DNA from: an uncultured Chloroflexia bacterium
GTDB lineage: Bacteria; Chloroflexota; Limnocylindria; Limnocylindrales; CSP1-4
NCBI GenBank assembly: GCA_963790955.1
Contig: CAWBQM010000002.1
Location: 74,085-138,084 of the forward strand
Reading direction: 5' to 3'
DNA: 64,000 nt
Below are positions 19,727 through 29,422 of this stretch, piece after piece. A program made the translations under genes and the position numbers. The stretch's first letter is position 1, and each line of letters begins with the position of its first letter. The notes below the pieces were generated by a model. The model worked only from the letters and a program-made list of their open reading frames with translations, searched no databases and was not told the DNA's origin.

Positions 19727-20800
19727 GTGCTGGGGCTGCTGCTCGCGCCCGTCGCGCTCGGCCATGTGCAAGCGGTCGTACCGCCTGCCCCGAGCGCGCT
19801 CGACTTCATCCTCGACTGGTCATTCGATCCGACCATTCAGCTGCCGCTCATCATGCTCACGGCGGCCTATCTGTGGGCCGTTCGACGGGTCGATCGGGTC
19901 CATCCCGGCAATCCCGTGCCGCGCGCACACATCGCCTGCTTCCTGGCCGGCATGGCCGCGATCGAGATCGCGCTGCAGTCGGGCATCGAACGCTACGACG
20001 ACGTGCTCTTCCTCGACCACATGATCCAGCACGCGACGCTGACCATGGTCGCCGCGCCCCTGCTCGCGCTCGGCGCGCCGATCACGCTCCTGTTGCGAGT
20101 CACGCGACCCGAGTTCCGGCACGGCGTCGTGCTGCCGATCCTGCACAGCCGGATCGTCCGCGCCATCTCCTTCCCGATCGTGTCGTGGCTCGTCTTCGCC
20201 GGGGTCATGTGGGGCGTCCACTTCTCGCCGTTGTTCGACTTGGCCCTCGAGAACGATCTCGTCCACGACTTCGAGCACGTCCTGTTCCTTGGCTCGGGGC
20301 TGCTGTTCTGGTGGCAGGTCGTCGGCCTCGACCCGTCGCCGTGGCGCATGCCGTATCCGGTCCGGGCCCTGTATGCGGGCCTCCAGATGCCTCAGAACAC
20401 GTTCCTGTCGCTGGCCATCTTCTCCGCCGACGCGCCGCTCTACCCGCACTATGCGACGCTCGCGCGGACGTGGGGCCCGTCGCCCCTGGCTGATCAGCAG
20501 ATGGCCGGCGCGTTCATGTGGGTGGCCGGCGACATGATGTTCGTCATGGCCGTCCTGTTCCTGATCCGGGCCTGGATGGCCGACGAGGAACGCCGGGCGC
20601 CGGCGAACGATGCTCGCGTCGAGGCCCAGGAAGCGGCGCTTCGCGCGCGCGAGGCGGAGCTGGCGGCGCGGCGCGGGCTCGGGCGTGCGTCCACCCCGCC
20701 CGTATCGCCGGTTGTGCCCGAGGCCGCGCTCGCGGCATCCCCGCCGGCCCATGCTGAGGGCCTGGCCGAGCCTCACTCGGGCAGCGGCGTCTCGAGATAG
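19727..20800 (+). CDS. CtaG/Caa3-type cytochrome oxidase assembly membrane protein
   Basis: Polytopic protein with FLDHMIQHATLTMVAAPLLALGAP, HDFEHVLFLGSGLLFWW and ADQQMAGAFMWVAGD. The start is uncertain: GTG 19727 is chosen, ATG 19568 is possible. The upstream part of the tracked ORF is R/P-rich. Confidence 0.75.
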   Translation: MLGLLLAPVALGHVQAVVPPAPSALDFILDWSFDPTIQLPLIMLTAAYLWAVRRVDRVHPGNPVPRAHIACFLAGMAAIEIALQSGIERYDDVLFLDHMIQHATLTMVAAPLLALGAPITLLLRVTRPEFRHGVVLPILHSRIVRAISFPIVSWLVFAGVMWGVHFSPLFDLALENDLVHDFEHVLFLGSGLLFWWQVVGLDPSPWRMPYPVRALYAGLQMPQNTFLSLAIFSADAPLYPHYATLARTWGPSPLADQQMAGAFMWVAGDMMFVMAVLFLIRAWMADEERRAPANDARVEAQEAALRAREAELAARRGLGRASTPPVSPVVPEAALAASPPAHAEGLAEPHSGSGVSR

Positions 20801-21834
20801 GCGCGGTAGGCCGCCGGGTCGACATTCCCACCGGAGACGACTGCCACGACGCCGGTCTGCCCGTCGCCGAGGCCCGCATCGGACCGGTGCCAGCGCATCG
20901 CGGCGATCGACAGGGCGCCGGACGGTTCCACGACCAGCCGAGCCTCCTCCGCGGCGAGTCGCACGGCCGCGGCAATCTGAGCCTCCGAGACGGTCACGAT
21001 CGTGTCGAGGAACGCCCGGAGATGGGCGAACGTTCGACGCCCGAGGGCCTGCGTTCGCGTCCCGTCGGCGATCGTGCGGCTCACGCGGTCGGCCGACCAT
21101 TCGACGATGCGACCCTCGGCAAGCGACTGCCGCGCGTCGGCGGCCAGCTCCGGCTCGACGCCGATCACGCGGACGCCGGGGCGGAGCGCCTTCACTGCGG
21201 TGGCCACGCCCGAGGCAAGGCCACCGCCGCCGACGGGCACGAGTACGGCCGACAGGTCCGGCAGGTCCTCGAGGATCTCGAGCCCGATCGTGCCCTGCCC
21301 GGCGATGATCCGGTCGTCGTCGAATGGCGGGATCACCGCCAGGCCGCGCTCCGCCGCGATCGCCTCGGCTCGGAGACGACGCTCTTCGGACGCGGGGCCG
21401 ACGGTCACGATCTCGGCTCCGTCGGCCGCGACACGCTCGCGCTTGATCACGGGCGCATCGGACGGCATGACGACGACGCACGGCGCACCGAGCAAGCGCG
21501 CTGCCCGGGCGACACCCTGGGCGTGGTTGCCCGACGAGTAGGTGATGACGCCGCGGGCCCGCTCCGCGCTCGCGAGCGAGGCCACGGCGACGAACGCGCC
21601 TCGGAGCTTGAAGGCCCCGATCGGCTGCAGCGATTCGGGCTTGAGCCATTCACCTCGCTCGGGCCGGCCGATGCCGACGAGCGGTGTCCGGACGGCCACG
21701 CTTCGCAGGGTTTCCGCGGCGCGCCGTATGGCGTCCAGGTCGACCAGGCCCGGGTTGTGGTGGTTCGGCACACGCGGCGAGCTGCCACCTTCTCGTCTCT
21801 GGAGCGTGGGGTCGTCGCGCGTGTCGGACGTCAC
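20773..21834 (-). CDS. PLP-dependent threonine/serine dehydratase
   Basis: PLP-lysine motif GAFKLRGA, SSGNHAQGVA and glycine loop PVGGGGLASG are present. The GTG 21834 start overlaps the upstream gene's TGA as GTGA. Confidence 0.85.
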   Translation of the reverse strand: MTSDTRDDPTLQRREGGSSPRVPNHHNPGLVDLDAIRRAAETLRSVAVRTPLVGIGRPERGEWLKPESLQPIGAFKLRGAFVAVASLASAERARGVITYSSGNHAQGVARAARLLGAPCVVVMPSDAPVIKRERVAADGAEIVTVGPASEERRLRAEAIAAERGLAVIPPFDDDRIIAGQGTIGLEILEDLPDLSAVLVPVGGGGLASGVATAVKALRPGVRVIGVEPELAADARQSLAEGRIVEWSADRVSRTIADGTRTQALGRRTFAHLRAFLDTIVTVSEAQIAAAVRLAAEEARLVVEPSGALSIAAMRWHRSDAGLGDGQTGVVAVVSGGNVDPAAYRAYLETPLPE

Positions 21835-22163
21835 GGTCGGCCCGTGCGCTGGCATTCGATGCACAGGGCGGCCCACGGCAGGGCCTCCAGTCGTTCCGGG
21901 GCGATGTCACGTCCGCAGCTCGTGCAGCGGCCATAGGCGCCCGCGTCGAGCCGCACCAGAGCCGCGTCGATGGCCACGAGCTCCTTGCTCGATCGGTCGC
22001 GCAGGGCCAGCTCGCGCTGCTGCTCGAACACCTCGGCCGCGGCGGATGCCTGCGAGCCGTACGTCATCTGGCCGGGCGATTCGATCGGCTCACCCAGCTC
22101 GCTCGTCAGGCGCGCGCGCTCGTCGAGCAGCCGCCGGCGTGCCTCGCCCTCGTCCATCGCCAT
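21831..22163 (-). CDS. DksA/TraR-family C4 zinc-finger protein
   Basis: Inner ATG 22163. Coiled-coil N-terminus, then CTSCGRDI..x..CIECQ. Confidence 0.8.
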   Translation of the reverse strand: MAMDEGEARRRLLDERARLTSELGEPIESPGQMTYGSQASAAAEVFEQQRELALRDRSSKELVAIDAALVRLDAGAYGRCTSCGRDIAPERLEALPWAALCIECQRTGRP

Positions 22164-22390
22164 CTGTTGATCGTACGCTGCGGGCGTCCGAGGTCGACGG
22201 CGAAGCGCCGCATCGATGGCGGCGCATCGGGCCACGACCCACGCGACCCGGGTGCGTCTGGCGGCCCCTCGTGCCCTGCTCCATGGCCGCCAGGCGAACC
22301 TGCCGGCCGTTGCGTGGCGGGACCGTGGCGGAGCTCGCCCTACCGGTGGGGCGGCGGGCTATCCTGGATCGCACGAACGGAGGCCTTGGC

Positions 22391-22561
22391 ATGGAGATGG
22401 CAACCGATCCCGTGTGCGGGATGGAGGTCGACACGACGACCTCGCAGCTCAGCTACGAGTACGAGGGCACGACGTACTGGTTCTGCGGCAAGGGCTGCAT
22501 GCTGGACTTCAAGGAAGATCCAGAGAAGTACCTCGATCCCGCCTACGAACCGTCGATGTAG
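22391..22561 (+). CDS. YHS-domain (TRASH-like) small metal-binding protein
   Basis: MEMATDPVCGMEVD..YWFCGKGCMLDFKEDPEKY, with GGAGG 8 nt upstream. Confidence 0.8.
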   Translation: MEMATDPVCGMEVDTTTSQLSYEYEGTTYWFCGKGCMLDFKEDPEKYLDPAYEPSM

Positions 22562-22686
22562 GCGGCGGTTCGGCCCGATAAGCCGCAGTGAAGCGCTCTC
22601 GCGGACACTCCGAGCGGACGGCAGTCTGAACCGGGCACTCCTCGTCGGGGTCGGCCGTCGCGCTTGCCGGCATGGCCGGCGGAGGA

Positions 22687-22803
22687 ATGTCCATGCGCGC
22701 ACGATCAATCGTCCTGCTGATGGGCTTGGCGCTGAGCCTTCTCGCGATCGGGACCGAGGTCGCGATCGCGCTCGAGCCCCTGGGAAAGCGTTGGATGGCC
22801 TAG
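22687..22803 (+). CDS. candidate 38-aa hydrophobic micro-protein
   Basis: Not in the ORF track (under 60 aa). GGAGGA lies directly upstream. MSMRARSIVLLMGLALSLLAIGTEVAIALEPLGKRWMA resembles the second micro-ORF at 31299..31397. Confidence 0.3.
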   Translation: MSMRARSIVLLMGLALSLLAIGTEVAIALEPLGKRWMA

Positions 22804-22813
22804 TCGAACCGCG

Positions 22814-23194
22814 TCACGTCCTTCCACCTCCGCCGGCGTCGGAGCTGAGGCGCTGGGCGAGGTAACGGGCACGGTCGAGAGCACGATCACGAACAGCGCA
22901 ACGACGTTCACGATCGAACGTTGGTTCGGCAGCCGCAGGTGATCGAGGATCCAAACCGGGATCGTCTCCTGTGTGCCCGCCGTGAAGGTCGTGACGATGA
23001 TCCCGTCGAAGGACAGGGCGAAGGCAAGGAGGCCCGCTCAGGATCGCGGTCCGCAGGATCGGGATCGCATCGGGTTCCTCGAGGCGGATCTTCTCGGGCC
23101 GGATCGTGAACGTGCCCGGCCTGCCGACGATGCTCCGCGCGGTCTCGCCGCGGAGCCGGTTCGAGGTGCCGACGAAACCCGCCACGAAGGCGCT
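22814..23194 (-). pseudogene. remnant of an ABC importer operon: PotA-like ATPase C-terminal fragment fused to a permease C-terminal fragment
   Basis: ERPASAFVAGFVGTSNRLRGE..FTIRPEKIRLEE is the ATPase tail. My translation of 22861..23037 in another frame gives AGLLAFALSFDGIIVTTFTAGTQETIPVWILDHLRLPNQRSIVNVVALFVIVLSTVP. The tail YLAQRLSS is in a third frame. No N-terminal parts are present. Confidence 0.6.
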
Positions 23195-23402
23195 GGCCGG
23201 CCGCTCGCTCGTTGCAGGATGCGGCCCGGGACCGCGCGGGGGCAGGGACGCCGTGTCCCGAGGCGGCGTCCCGATGCGGCCCGCGATGGTACGCTCAGCG
23301 GGAGGCGGCGGGGCGATTCCCGGCCGGGCCGGCGCCGGTCGACACGGCGCACAAACCGAGGGTCCCGTCCGCGAGCGCCGAGCCGCGAGGAGTGTTGACG
23401 CC

Positions 23403-23690
23403 ATGACATACGTGATCGCCGAGCCCTGTGTCGACGTCCTGGATCAGTCGTGCGTGGCGGTCTGTCCGGTCGACTGCATCCACTTCGAGGAAGGCGTCGA
23501 CCGCATGCTCTACATCGACCCCGACGAGTGCATCGATTGCGGCGCGTGCGAGCCGGAGTGCCCGGTCAACGCGATCTTCCCCGAGGAATCCCTGCCAGCC
23601 GAGTGGTCCGGCTACGCGCAACCCAACGTGACGTGGTTCACGGACAAGGCCGCGGCACGCGCCCAGGTCGATCAGCTCAAGCCGGTCTAG
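23403..23690 (+). CDS. 7Fe-type ferredoxin ([3Fe-4S][4Fe-4S])
   Basis: MTYVIAEPCVDVLDQSCVAVCPVDCI..CIDCGACEPECPVNAI. Confidence 0.9.
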   Translation: MTYVIAEPCVDVLDQSCVAVCPVDCIHFEEGVDRMLYIDPDECIDCGACEPECPVNAIFPEESLPAEWSGYAQPNVTWFTDKAAARAQVDQLKPV

Positions 23691-23784
23691 ATCGCCGGCC
23701 TCGACTCGACGCGGCCGGCGCGATCGCCGGCCCGGGCACTCGTCAGGGTCGTCCGGCGCGCGTCGACGCCCCAGCCCTGCGACG

Positions 23785-24714
23785 ATGCGGATCGTGTCCC
23801 TGCTCCCAAGCGCGACGGAGATCGTCTTCGCGCTGGGTCTCGGTGACCAGCTCGTCGGGGTGACGCACGAATGCGACTGGCCGCCGGAGGCTCGTGACAA
23901 GGCTGTCGTGACCCGCGCCGCCAACGAGCTCGGTGGCGGGAGCTCCCGCTCGATCCACGACCTCGTCAGCGCCGCCGTGCACGGTGGTTCGTCGCTGTAC
24001 GCCCTCGACGAGGAGCTCCTGCGCGACCTCCGGCCCGACCTGATCATCACCCAGGAGCTGTGCGCCGTGTGCGCTGTCAGCTACCGGATGGTGAGCGAGG
24101 CTGTCCGGCGCATCGAGGCTGGCACGAGCGTCGTCTCCCTGGAGCCGACGAGCATCGAGGGCATCTTCAACACGATCGCAACGGTCGGCGCGATGACCGA
24201 CGCCGAGAACCGCGCCGTTCGGCTCGTCGGCCGCCTGCGGGCCAGGCTGGCGGGCCTCGAGCGGAACGTCGGCCGGCGCCGGCAGGCCGGTCGCGCCGGT
24301 CCGCGTGTCGTCGCGGTCGAATGGCTCGACCCGCCCTTCGCCGTCGGCCATTGGGTACCCGAGCAGATCCGGCGGGCCGGAGGCTGGGACCTGCTCGGTC
24401 GCGAGGGGGAGCGCTCGGTCGAGACGAGCTGGATCGCGATTTGGGACGTCGAGCCGGAGATGCTTGTCCTCATGCCGTGCGGCTACCACGTGGCCGAGGC
24501 CGCGGCCGAGTGGCAGCGGACCCCCAGGCCGCCGTTCTATCGGCGTCTCGAGGCCGTCCGCAACGGCCAGGTGTTCGTGGTCGACGGTTCGGCGTATTTC
24601 TCACGACCCGGACCGCGCGTCGTCGACGGGATCGCGATGCTGTGCGAGATCTTCGACCCGGACGCGTTCGTCGACACCGCCCCGGTCGGCTCGTGGATGC
24701 CGGTCGGCGCATAG
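23785..24714 (+). CDS. BtuF/TroA-like (Peripla_BP_2) binding protein without a signal peptide
   Basis: MRIVSLLPSATEIVFALGLGDQLVGVTHECDWP..DLIITQELCAVC is typical of cobalamin/siderophore-binding-fold proteins. There is no N-terminal signal. Confidence 0.75.
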   Translation: MRIVSLLPSATEIVFALGLGDQLVGVTHECDWPPEARDKAVVTRAANELGGGSSRSIHDLVSAAVHGGSSLYALDEELLRDLRPDLIITQELCAVCAVSYRMVSEAVRRIEAGTSVVSLEPTSIEGIFNTIATVGAMTDAENRAVRLVGRLRARLAGLERNVGRRRQAGRAGPRVVAVEWLDPPFAVGHWVPEQIRRAGGWDLLGREGERSVETSWIAIWDVEPEMLVLMPCGYHVAEAAAEWQRTPRPPFYRRLEAVRNGQVFVVDGSAYFSRPGPRVVDGIAMLCEIFDPDAFVDTAPVGSWMPVGA

Positions 24715-24719
24715 ATCCG

Positions 24720-25703
24720 ATGCCGTTCCGGAACACGTTCGAATGCCTGTGGTGCGGTGCCGCGTGGCAGACCCGTGCGGATGACGACCTGGAGGGCTGG
24801 GCGCAGCTCTGCGCCACGTGCCTCGGCAAGGCCGGCGAGAACAGCTTCACGCGCTTCCGGCTGAAGGCAGCGCTCGCCGAGCGTGCCGCCGCCTCCGACC
24901 GATCGACTCCACCGGGGCCGGCGACCGCACACGGCGGCTCTGCACGCGCCACGATCGGCGCCGCCCATGCCACCGAAGGCGCGGGCCAGGTCGGCGGAGC
25001 CGGTGCCGGAGGCGGCCGACCGCTCGACGCGCAACTGGTCGCCTACTACGAGGCACGCGCGGCCGAGTACGACGACTGGTACCTGCGCCGGGGTCGCTAC
25101 GACCGGGGCACGATCGACAACATGGCCTGGTCGGCGGAGCTCGACGGCGCGACGACGTGGCTCGACCGGCTGCCCTGGCGCGGCACGATCGTCGAGCTGG
25201 CGGCGGGCACGGGCTGGTGGTCGCCACTGCTCGTGGCTCGCGGCGATGTGTGGCTGTACGACGCGGCCGAAGCGCCGCTCGATCGGGCTCGCCAGCGGCT
25301 TGTCGCGCACCGCTTGCGGGCGCACCTGCACATCCGTGATGCATGGGCGGAGCCGGACGAACGAGCGGCACCGGCCGATGGCCTGTTCACGGGCTTCTGG
25401 CTGAGCCATGTCGATCGCGACCGGCTCCCGGGCTTCCTCGGGCTCGTCCACCGGTGGCTTAAGCCGGGTGGGCTGTATGCGTTCGTCGACTCGCGGCCCG
25501 ACCCGGCCTCGGGTGCGATCGACCACTCCGTGCCGTCGGGCGACCGATCGGTCCGCCGCCTCGCGGATGGCCGGACATACACCATCCCGAAGGTGTACTA
25601 CGAGCCGACCGAGCTAGCCGAGGCGCTCTCCGATGCCGGATTCTCGGAGCCACGGGTGTCCACGACCGGCCGGTTCTTCCTGCTCGGATCGGCTCGAGCA
25701 TGA
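24720..25703 (+). CDS. SAM-dependent methyltransferase with N-terminal CxxC..CxxC zinc ribbon
   Basis: FECLWCGAAW..LCATCLG, then IVELAAGTGWW and LKPGGLYAFVD. Confidence 0.75.
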   Translation: MPFRNTFECLWCGAAWQTRADDDLEGWAQLCATCLGKAGENSFTRFRLKAALAERAAASDRSTPPGPATAHGGSARATIGAAHATEGAGQVGGAGAGGGRPLDAQLVAYYEARAAEYDDWYLRRGRYDRGTIDNMAWSAELDGATTWLDRLPWRGTIVELAAGTGWWSPLLVARGDVWLYDAAEAPLDRARQRLVAHRLRAHLHIRDAWAEPDERAAPADGLFTGFWLSHVDRDRLPGFLGLVHRWLKPGGLYAFVDSRPDPASGAIDHSVPSGDRSVRRLADGRTYTIPKVYYEPTELAEALSDAGFSEPRVSTTGRFFLLGSARA

Positions 25704-26419
25704 GCCGGAGCGAGGGCCGAAACCCACAGCCCGTGCGCGTGTACGCTGAGATCGGCGCGAAACGAGCCTTCGTCGGGGCGCTCGACTGGCCGGGTTGGTG
25801 CCGGCGCGGGCGCGACGAGGCGGCGGCGGTCGAGGCCCTGCTGACGTACGCGCCCCGTTATCGGGCCGTCCTGGCCGGATCGCCGGCGCTCCTCGACGCC
25901 TTTCCGGACCTTGACACGCTCGATGTCGCTGGGGTCGACGTGGCCGATCGGGTCAAGGGCGACGCCTCGACCGACTTCGGTGTGGCCTCGCGTCCGGCAC
26001 CCGGCGACGAGCGGCCGCTGACGACCGCCGAGCTGGCTCGCCAGATCGAGATCCTGGATGCGTGCTGGAGCGCTCTCGACCGGGTGGTCGAGTCGGCTCG
26101 CGACCTGCCCCTGGCAACCGGCCCGCGTGGCGGCGGCCGCAGCCTCGACGCGATCCGATCGCATGTCATCGAGGCCGAGTCGGCGTATCTGCGTCGCGTC
26201 GACGGCGAGGTGCCGCCGGGCGCGGCCGGGGGCGATCTGCACAGCCGGGACGCGACCCGCGCGGCGGCTCGCGCGGCGTTGCGTGCTGCGGCGCCGATCG
26301 GTTCGCTGCCACCCGGCCCGCGTGGCGGCGCCCGATGGTCGGCCAGGTACTCCGTGCGACGGGTCGCCTGGCACACGCTCGACCATGCCTGGGAGATCGA
26401 GGATCGCGCGGCGGGGTAG
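25700..26419 (+). CDS. hypothetical protein (DinB-like helical bundle possible)
   Basis: ATGA overlap with the preceding gene. Composition is balanced. His-containing boxes IRSHVIEAESAYL and VAWHTLDHAWEI are present. Confidence 0.55.
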   Translation: MSRSEGRNPQPVRVYAEIGAKRAFVGALDWPGWCRRGRDEAAAVEALLTYAPRYRAVLAGSPALLDAFPDLDTLDVAGVDVADRVKGDASTDFGVASRPAPGDERPLTTAELARQIEILDACWSALDRVVESARDLPLATGPRGGGRSLDAIRSHVIEAESAYLRRVDGEVPPGAAGGDLHSRDATRAAARAALRAAAPIGSLPPGPRGGARWSARYSVRRVAWHTLDHAWEIEDRAAG

Positions 26420-26492
26420 GGCGCCCGTGGCCGGATTTTCGACACCGGAATTGGACGTTCCTGACATCCGCGACGGGTATACTCCGCCGGCA

Positions 26493-27479
26493 ATGTCGCC
26501 CCTTGACCAGCGCACGATCGCGACGGTCGGTTCCGGGGTCATGGCCGAGGCCATGATCGCGGGCCTTCTGCGGGGCGCTCTCGTCGAGCCTCGACAGATC
26601 GTCGCCAGCCATCCCCGGCCCGACCGTCGCGAGGAGCTCGCCGCGCGGCACCGGATCCGAACCGTGGCCAGCAACCAGGAGGCCGTCGCCGACGCGGACG
26701 TGATCCTGCTCGCGGTCAAGCCCCAGATGCTCGCCCGCGTCGCGCGCGAGATCGGGCCCGGGTTGCGTCGCGGCCAGCTCGTCATCTCGATCATCGCCGG
26801 AGCCACGAGCACGGCCCTGCGCGGCCTGCTCGGGCACGATCAGATCGTGCGCAGCATGCCCAACACGCCGGCCCAGTTGGGGCGCGGCATGACCGTCTGG
26901 TACGCGACCCCGGAGACCACACCCGAGCAGCGCGAGCAGGCGGCCGCCATCCTGCGTGCGCTCGGTGCCGAGATCGAGGTCGACGACGAGCGCTTCGTCG
27001 CCATGGCCACGGCCGTGTCGGGGACCGGCCCGACCTACGTGTTCCTGGTCATGGAGGCGCTCATCGACGCGGCCGTCCATCTCGGCTTTCCGCGCCACGT
27101 CGCGCACGACCTCGTCGTCGAGACGCTCGAGGGCAGCACCCACTTCGCCAAGCAGTCGGGGGACCATCCGGCCGTGCTCCGCAACATGGTGACGTCGCCC
27201 GGTGGGACGAGCGCGGCCGCCCTTCACGAGCTCGAGTCGGGCCGGCTCCGGACCGTGTTGTCGGAAGCGGTCTGGGCCGCATTCCGACGCACGGTGGAGC
27301 TGGGCGAGCAGCTCGAGGCCAACATCGAACCCATCGACCGAAGCGGCGACGGCAGTGGCCCGGCCGTGCCCGGCACCCAGGACCGCGACGGCAGCGTCGG
27401 CGGCACCGCGACCGGCGCGAGCAAAACGCGCCGCCGAGCCGACGCCGGGCCTGGCCCGACGCGCCGCCGACGCGCGTGA
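26493..27479 (+). CDS. proC: pyrroline-5-carboxylate reductase with a long basic C-terminal tail
   Basis: IATVGSGVMAEAMIAGL is the Rossmann motif. LLAVKPQ, RSMPNTPAQLGRGMT and VTSPGGTSAAAL are also present. Confidence 0.9.
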   Translation: MSPLDQRTIATVGSGVMAEAMIAGLLRGALVEPRQIVASHPRPDRREELAARHRIRTVASNQEAVADADVILLAVKPQMLARVAREIGPGLRRGQLVISIIAGATSTALRGLLGHDQIVRSMPNTPAQLGRGMTVWYATPETTPEQREQAAAILRALGAEIEVDDERFVAMATAVSGTGPTYVFLVMEALIDAAVHLGFPRHVAHDLVVETLEGSTHFAKQSGDHPAVLRNMVTSPGGTSAAALHELESGRLRTVLSEAVWAAFRRTVELGEQLEANIEPIDRSGDGSGPAVPGTQDRDGSVGGTATGASKTRRRADAGPGPTRRRRA

Positions 27480-29422
27480 CCGATCGGCGTCCGACTGTTC
27501 CGCAACGGATTCTCGGCGACATACCCACGATCGAGCAGATCGTGGCCGTCGACTCGCCGCGCGAGTTTCGGCTCGAGCCGCGCGGGCGCCTTGTCGCATA
27601 CACGATCGATACGGCGGGCGCCCGCCAGCTCATGACGCTGCCCCTGCGGGGCGGCTATCCGAGCCAGCTGACCGCGTCCGAGAAGCCCGTCTCCGATCCG
27701 CAGTGGTCGCCCGATTCGCGCCGGCTCGCGTTCGTCCGGGACAACGCGATCTGGGTCATCGAGGTCGACGGCAGTCGGTCCGTCCTGGTGACCGAACACC
27801 CGGCCGGCACGTCCATGCCGCGCTGGGCGCCAGACGGCCGGTCGCTGGCATTCGTGTCCCGCCGCAGGGGCTGGTCGCAAGTGTGGCTCGTCGATGCCCC
27901 GGTGCCGCGTCGCGGCCGGCCCGCGGCCAGGCCGCGCCAGCCCGAGGCGCGGACCCTGACCCTGCCCGGGGTCGACGTCGACGACTACGCGTGGTCACCC
28001 GACGGAGCCTGTCTGGCGATCGCATCCCAGCGCAGCGGAGACTTGACCACCGCCCAGATCCACGTGCTCGACGTCGCGACCGGCGTGGAGCGCCTCGTCG
28101 CCGGCGAACACGAGTGGGCGACCGGTCCGCGCTGGTGCCCCGATGGCGCATTGCTCTTCCTGACCGATGCCGACGGCTGGTTCCAGGTCGCCCGCCTCGA
28201 TCCGGGCCTCACCGAGCGCGCGATCGTCACCCGCGGCAAACGCGAGCATGGCGAGCCGAGCGGTTCGTTCGGTTTCGCGCCGCTTCCCTCACCGGACGGC
28301 TCGCTCGTCGTCCACGCCGAGGTGCACGATGGGCTGGTCGACCCCGTGATCACGTCTGTGGCAACGCGACGTCCGACACGAGCCGCCCGCGAGCTGGGCA
28401 GCCGCTCCATCGCGCCGTGGCCGGGGGTCTGGCGGGCCGTCGACTGGCTGCCCGACGGATCGGGCGTGCTGGCCATCGGCGAGAGCGAGCGTCGGCCTCA
28501 GGATCTGTGGCTCCTGCCGGTGCCCGTCCCGGCCGGCGACGACGCTCGTGCGCGACGCCTCACCGCATCGCTGCCGGCGGTGCTCAACCCGGCCTTCGAG
28601 GGTCGCGCATTCGTGGACGCAGAACGGATCGTCGTGCCGGCCCGCGACGGGCTGCGCATCGAGGGCAGCCTTCGTCGCCCGCCCGCGGCGATCGGACGGC
28701 GCGGCGGTCGGCGGGTGCCCGCCGTCGTCTACCCCCACGGCGGCCCGACCTGGCAGGCCTACCGCATGTGGATGCCGTTCAAGCAAGTTCTGGTTCGTGA
28801 GGGCTTCGCCGTCCTCGATGTGGATTTTCGGGGGTCGACGGGCTACGGCCGGGTGTTCCGGCAGGCCAATCACGGTGAGTGGGGCCACGCCGACGTGCAC
28901 GACGTGATCGACGCCGGGCAGTGGCTGCGCGAGCAGCCGTGGTGCGACGGACGGATCGCGATCTGGGGCGGCTCATACGGCGGCTACATGGTGCTCAGCG
29001 CACTCGTCGAGGAACCGTCACTGTGGCGGGCCGGCGTGGACCTGTACGGCGACTCGGAGATCGCCGAGAGCTATCGCCATGGAGACCGTGTCGGGCGTAT
29101 CGACCTCCAGCGCCAGATGGGCAGCCCCGACGACTCGGGGTCGGCCGAGGCCTACCGACGCGGTTCGCCCGTGTACCGCGCCGAGCGGATCGAGGCGCCG
29201 GTGCTGATCCTGCACGGCCGCAAGGACAAGCGGGTCGTGCCGCTCATGAGCGAGCGCATGATCGAAGCACTCGAGATCGAGGGCAAGCACCACGAGATCG
29301 TGTGGTACGACGACGAGGGCCACGGCTGGGAGAAGCGCGAGACGCGCCGCGATGCCTTCACCCGAACGCTCGCGTTCCTCAAGCGCCACGTCCTCGACGG
29401 CGAGCCCGACATCCGAGACTAG
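27476..29422 (+). CDS. S9-family serine peptidase (prolyl oligopeptidase / acylaminoacyl peptidase type) with N-terminal beta-propeller
   Basis: GTGA overlap with proC. SPDS/APDG/SPDG blades are followed by the catalytic Ser box WGGSYGGYM, Asp in HGRKDKRV and His in DDEGHGW. Confidence 0.9.
   Translation: MTDRRPTVPQRILGDIPTIEQIVAVDSPREFRLEPRGRLVAYTIDTAGARQLMTLPLRGGYPSQLTASEKPVSDPQWSPDSRRLAFVRDNAIWVIEVDGSRSVLVTEHPAGTSMPRWAPDGRSLAFVSRRRGWSQVWLVDAPVPRRGRPAARPRQPEARTLTLPGVDVDDYAWSPDGACLAIASQRSGDLTTAQIHVLDVATGVERLVAGEHEWATGPRWCPDGALLFLTDADGWFQVARLDPGLTERAIVTRGKREHGEPSGSFGFAPLPSPDGSLVVHAEVHDGLVDPVITSVATRRPTRAARELGSRSIAPWPGVWRAVDWLPDGSGVLAIGESERRPQDLWLLPVPVPAGDDARARRLTASLPAVLNPAFEGRAFVDAERIVVPARDGLRIEGSLRRPPAAIGRRGGRRVPAVVYPHGGPTWQAYRMWMPFKQVLVREGFAVLDVDFRGSTGYGRVFRQANHGEWGHADVHDVIDAGQWLREQPWCDGRIAIWGGSYGGYMVLSALVEEPSLWRAGVDLYGDSEIAESYRHGDRVGRIDLQRQMGSPDDSGSAEAYRRGSPVYRAERIEAPVLILHGRKDKRVVPLMSERMIEALEIEGKHHEIVWYDDEGHGWEKRETRRDAFTRTLAFLKRHVLDGEPDIRD

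Noticed and set aside
23693-23720. Hairpin CGCCGGCC-N12-GGCCGGCG after the ferredoxin gene as a terminator.
   Set aside because: It is an 8-bp GC stem with a large loop and no U-tract. Such hairpins occur by chance in 70% GC DNA, so the support is too weak to annotate.
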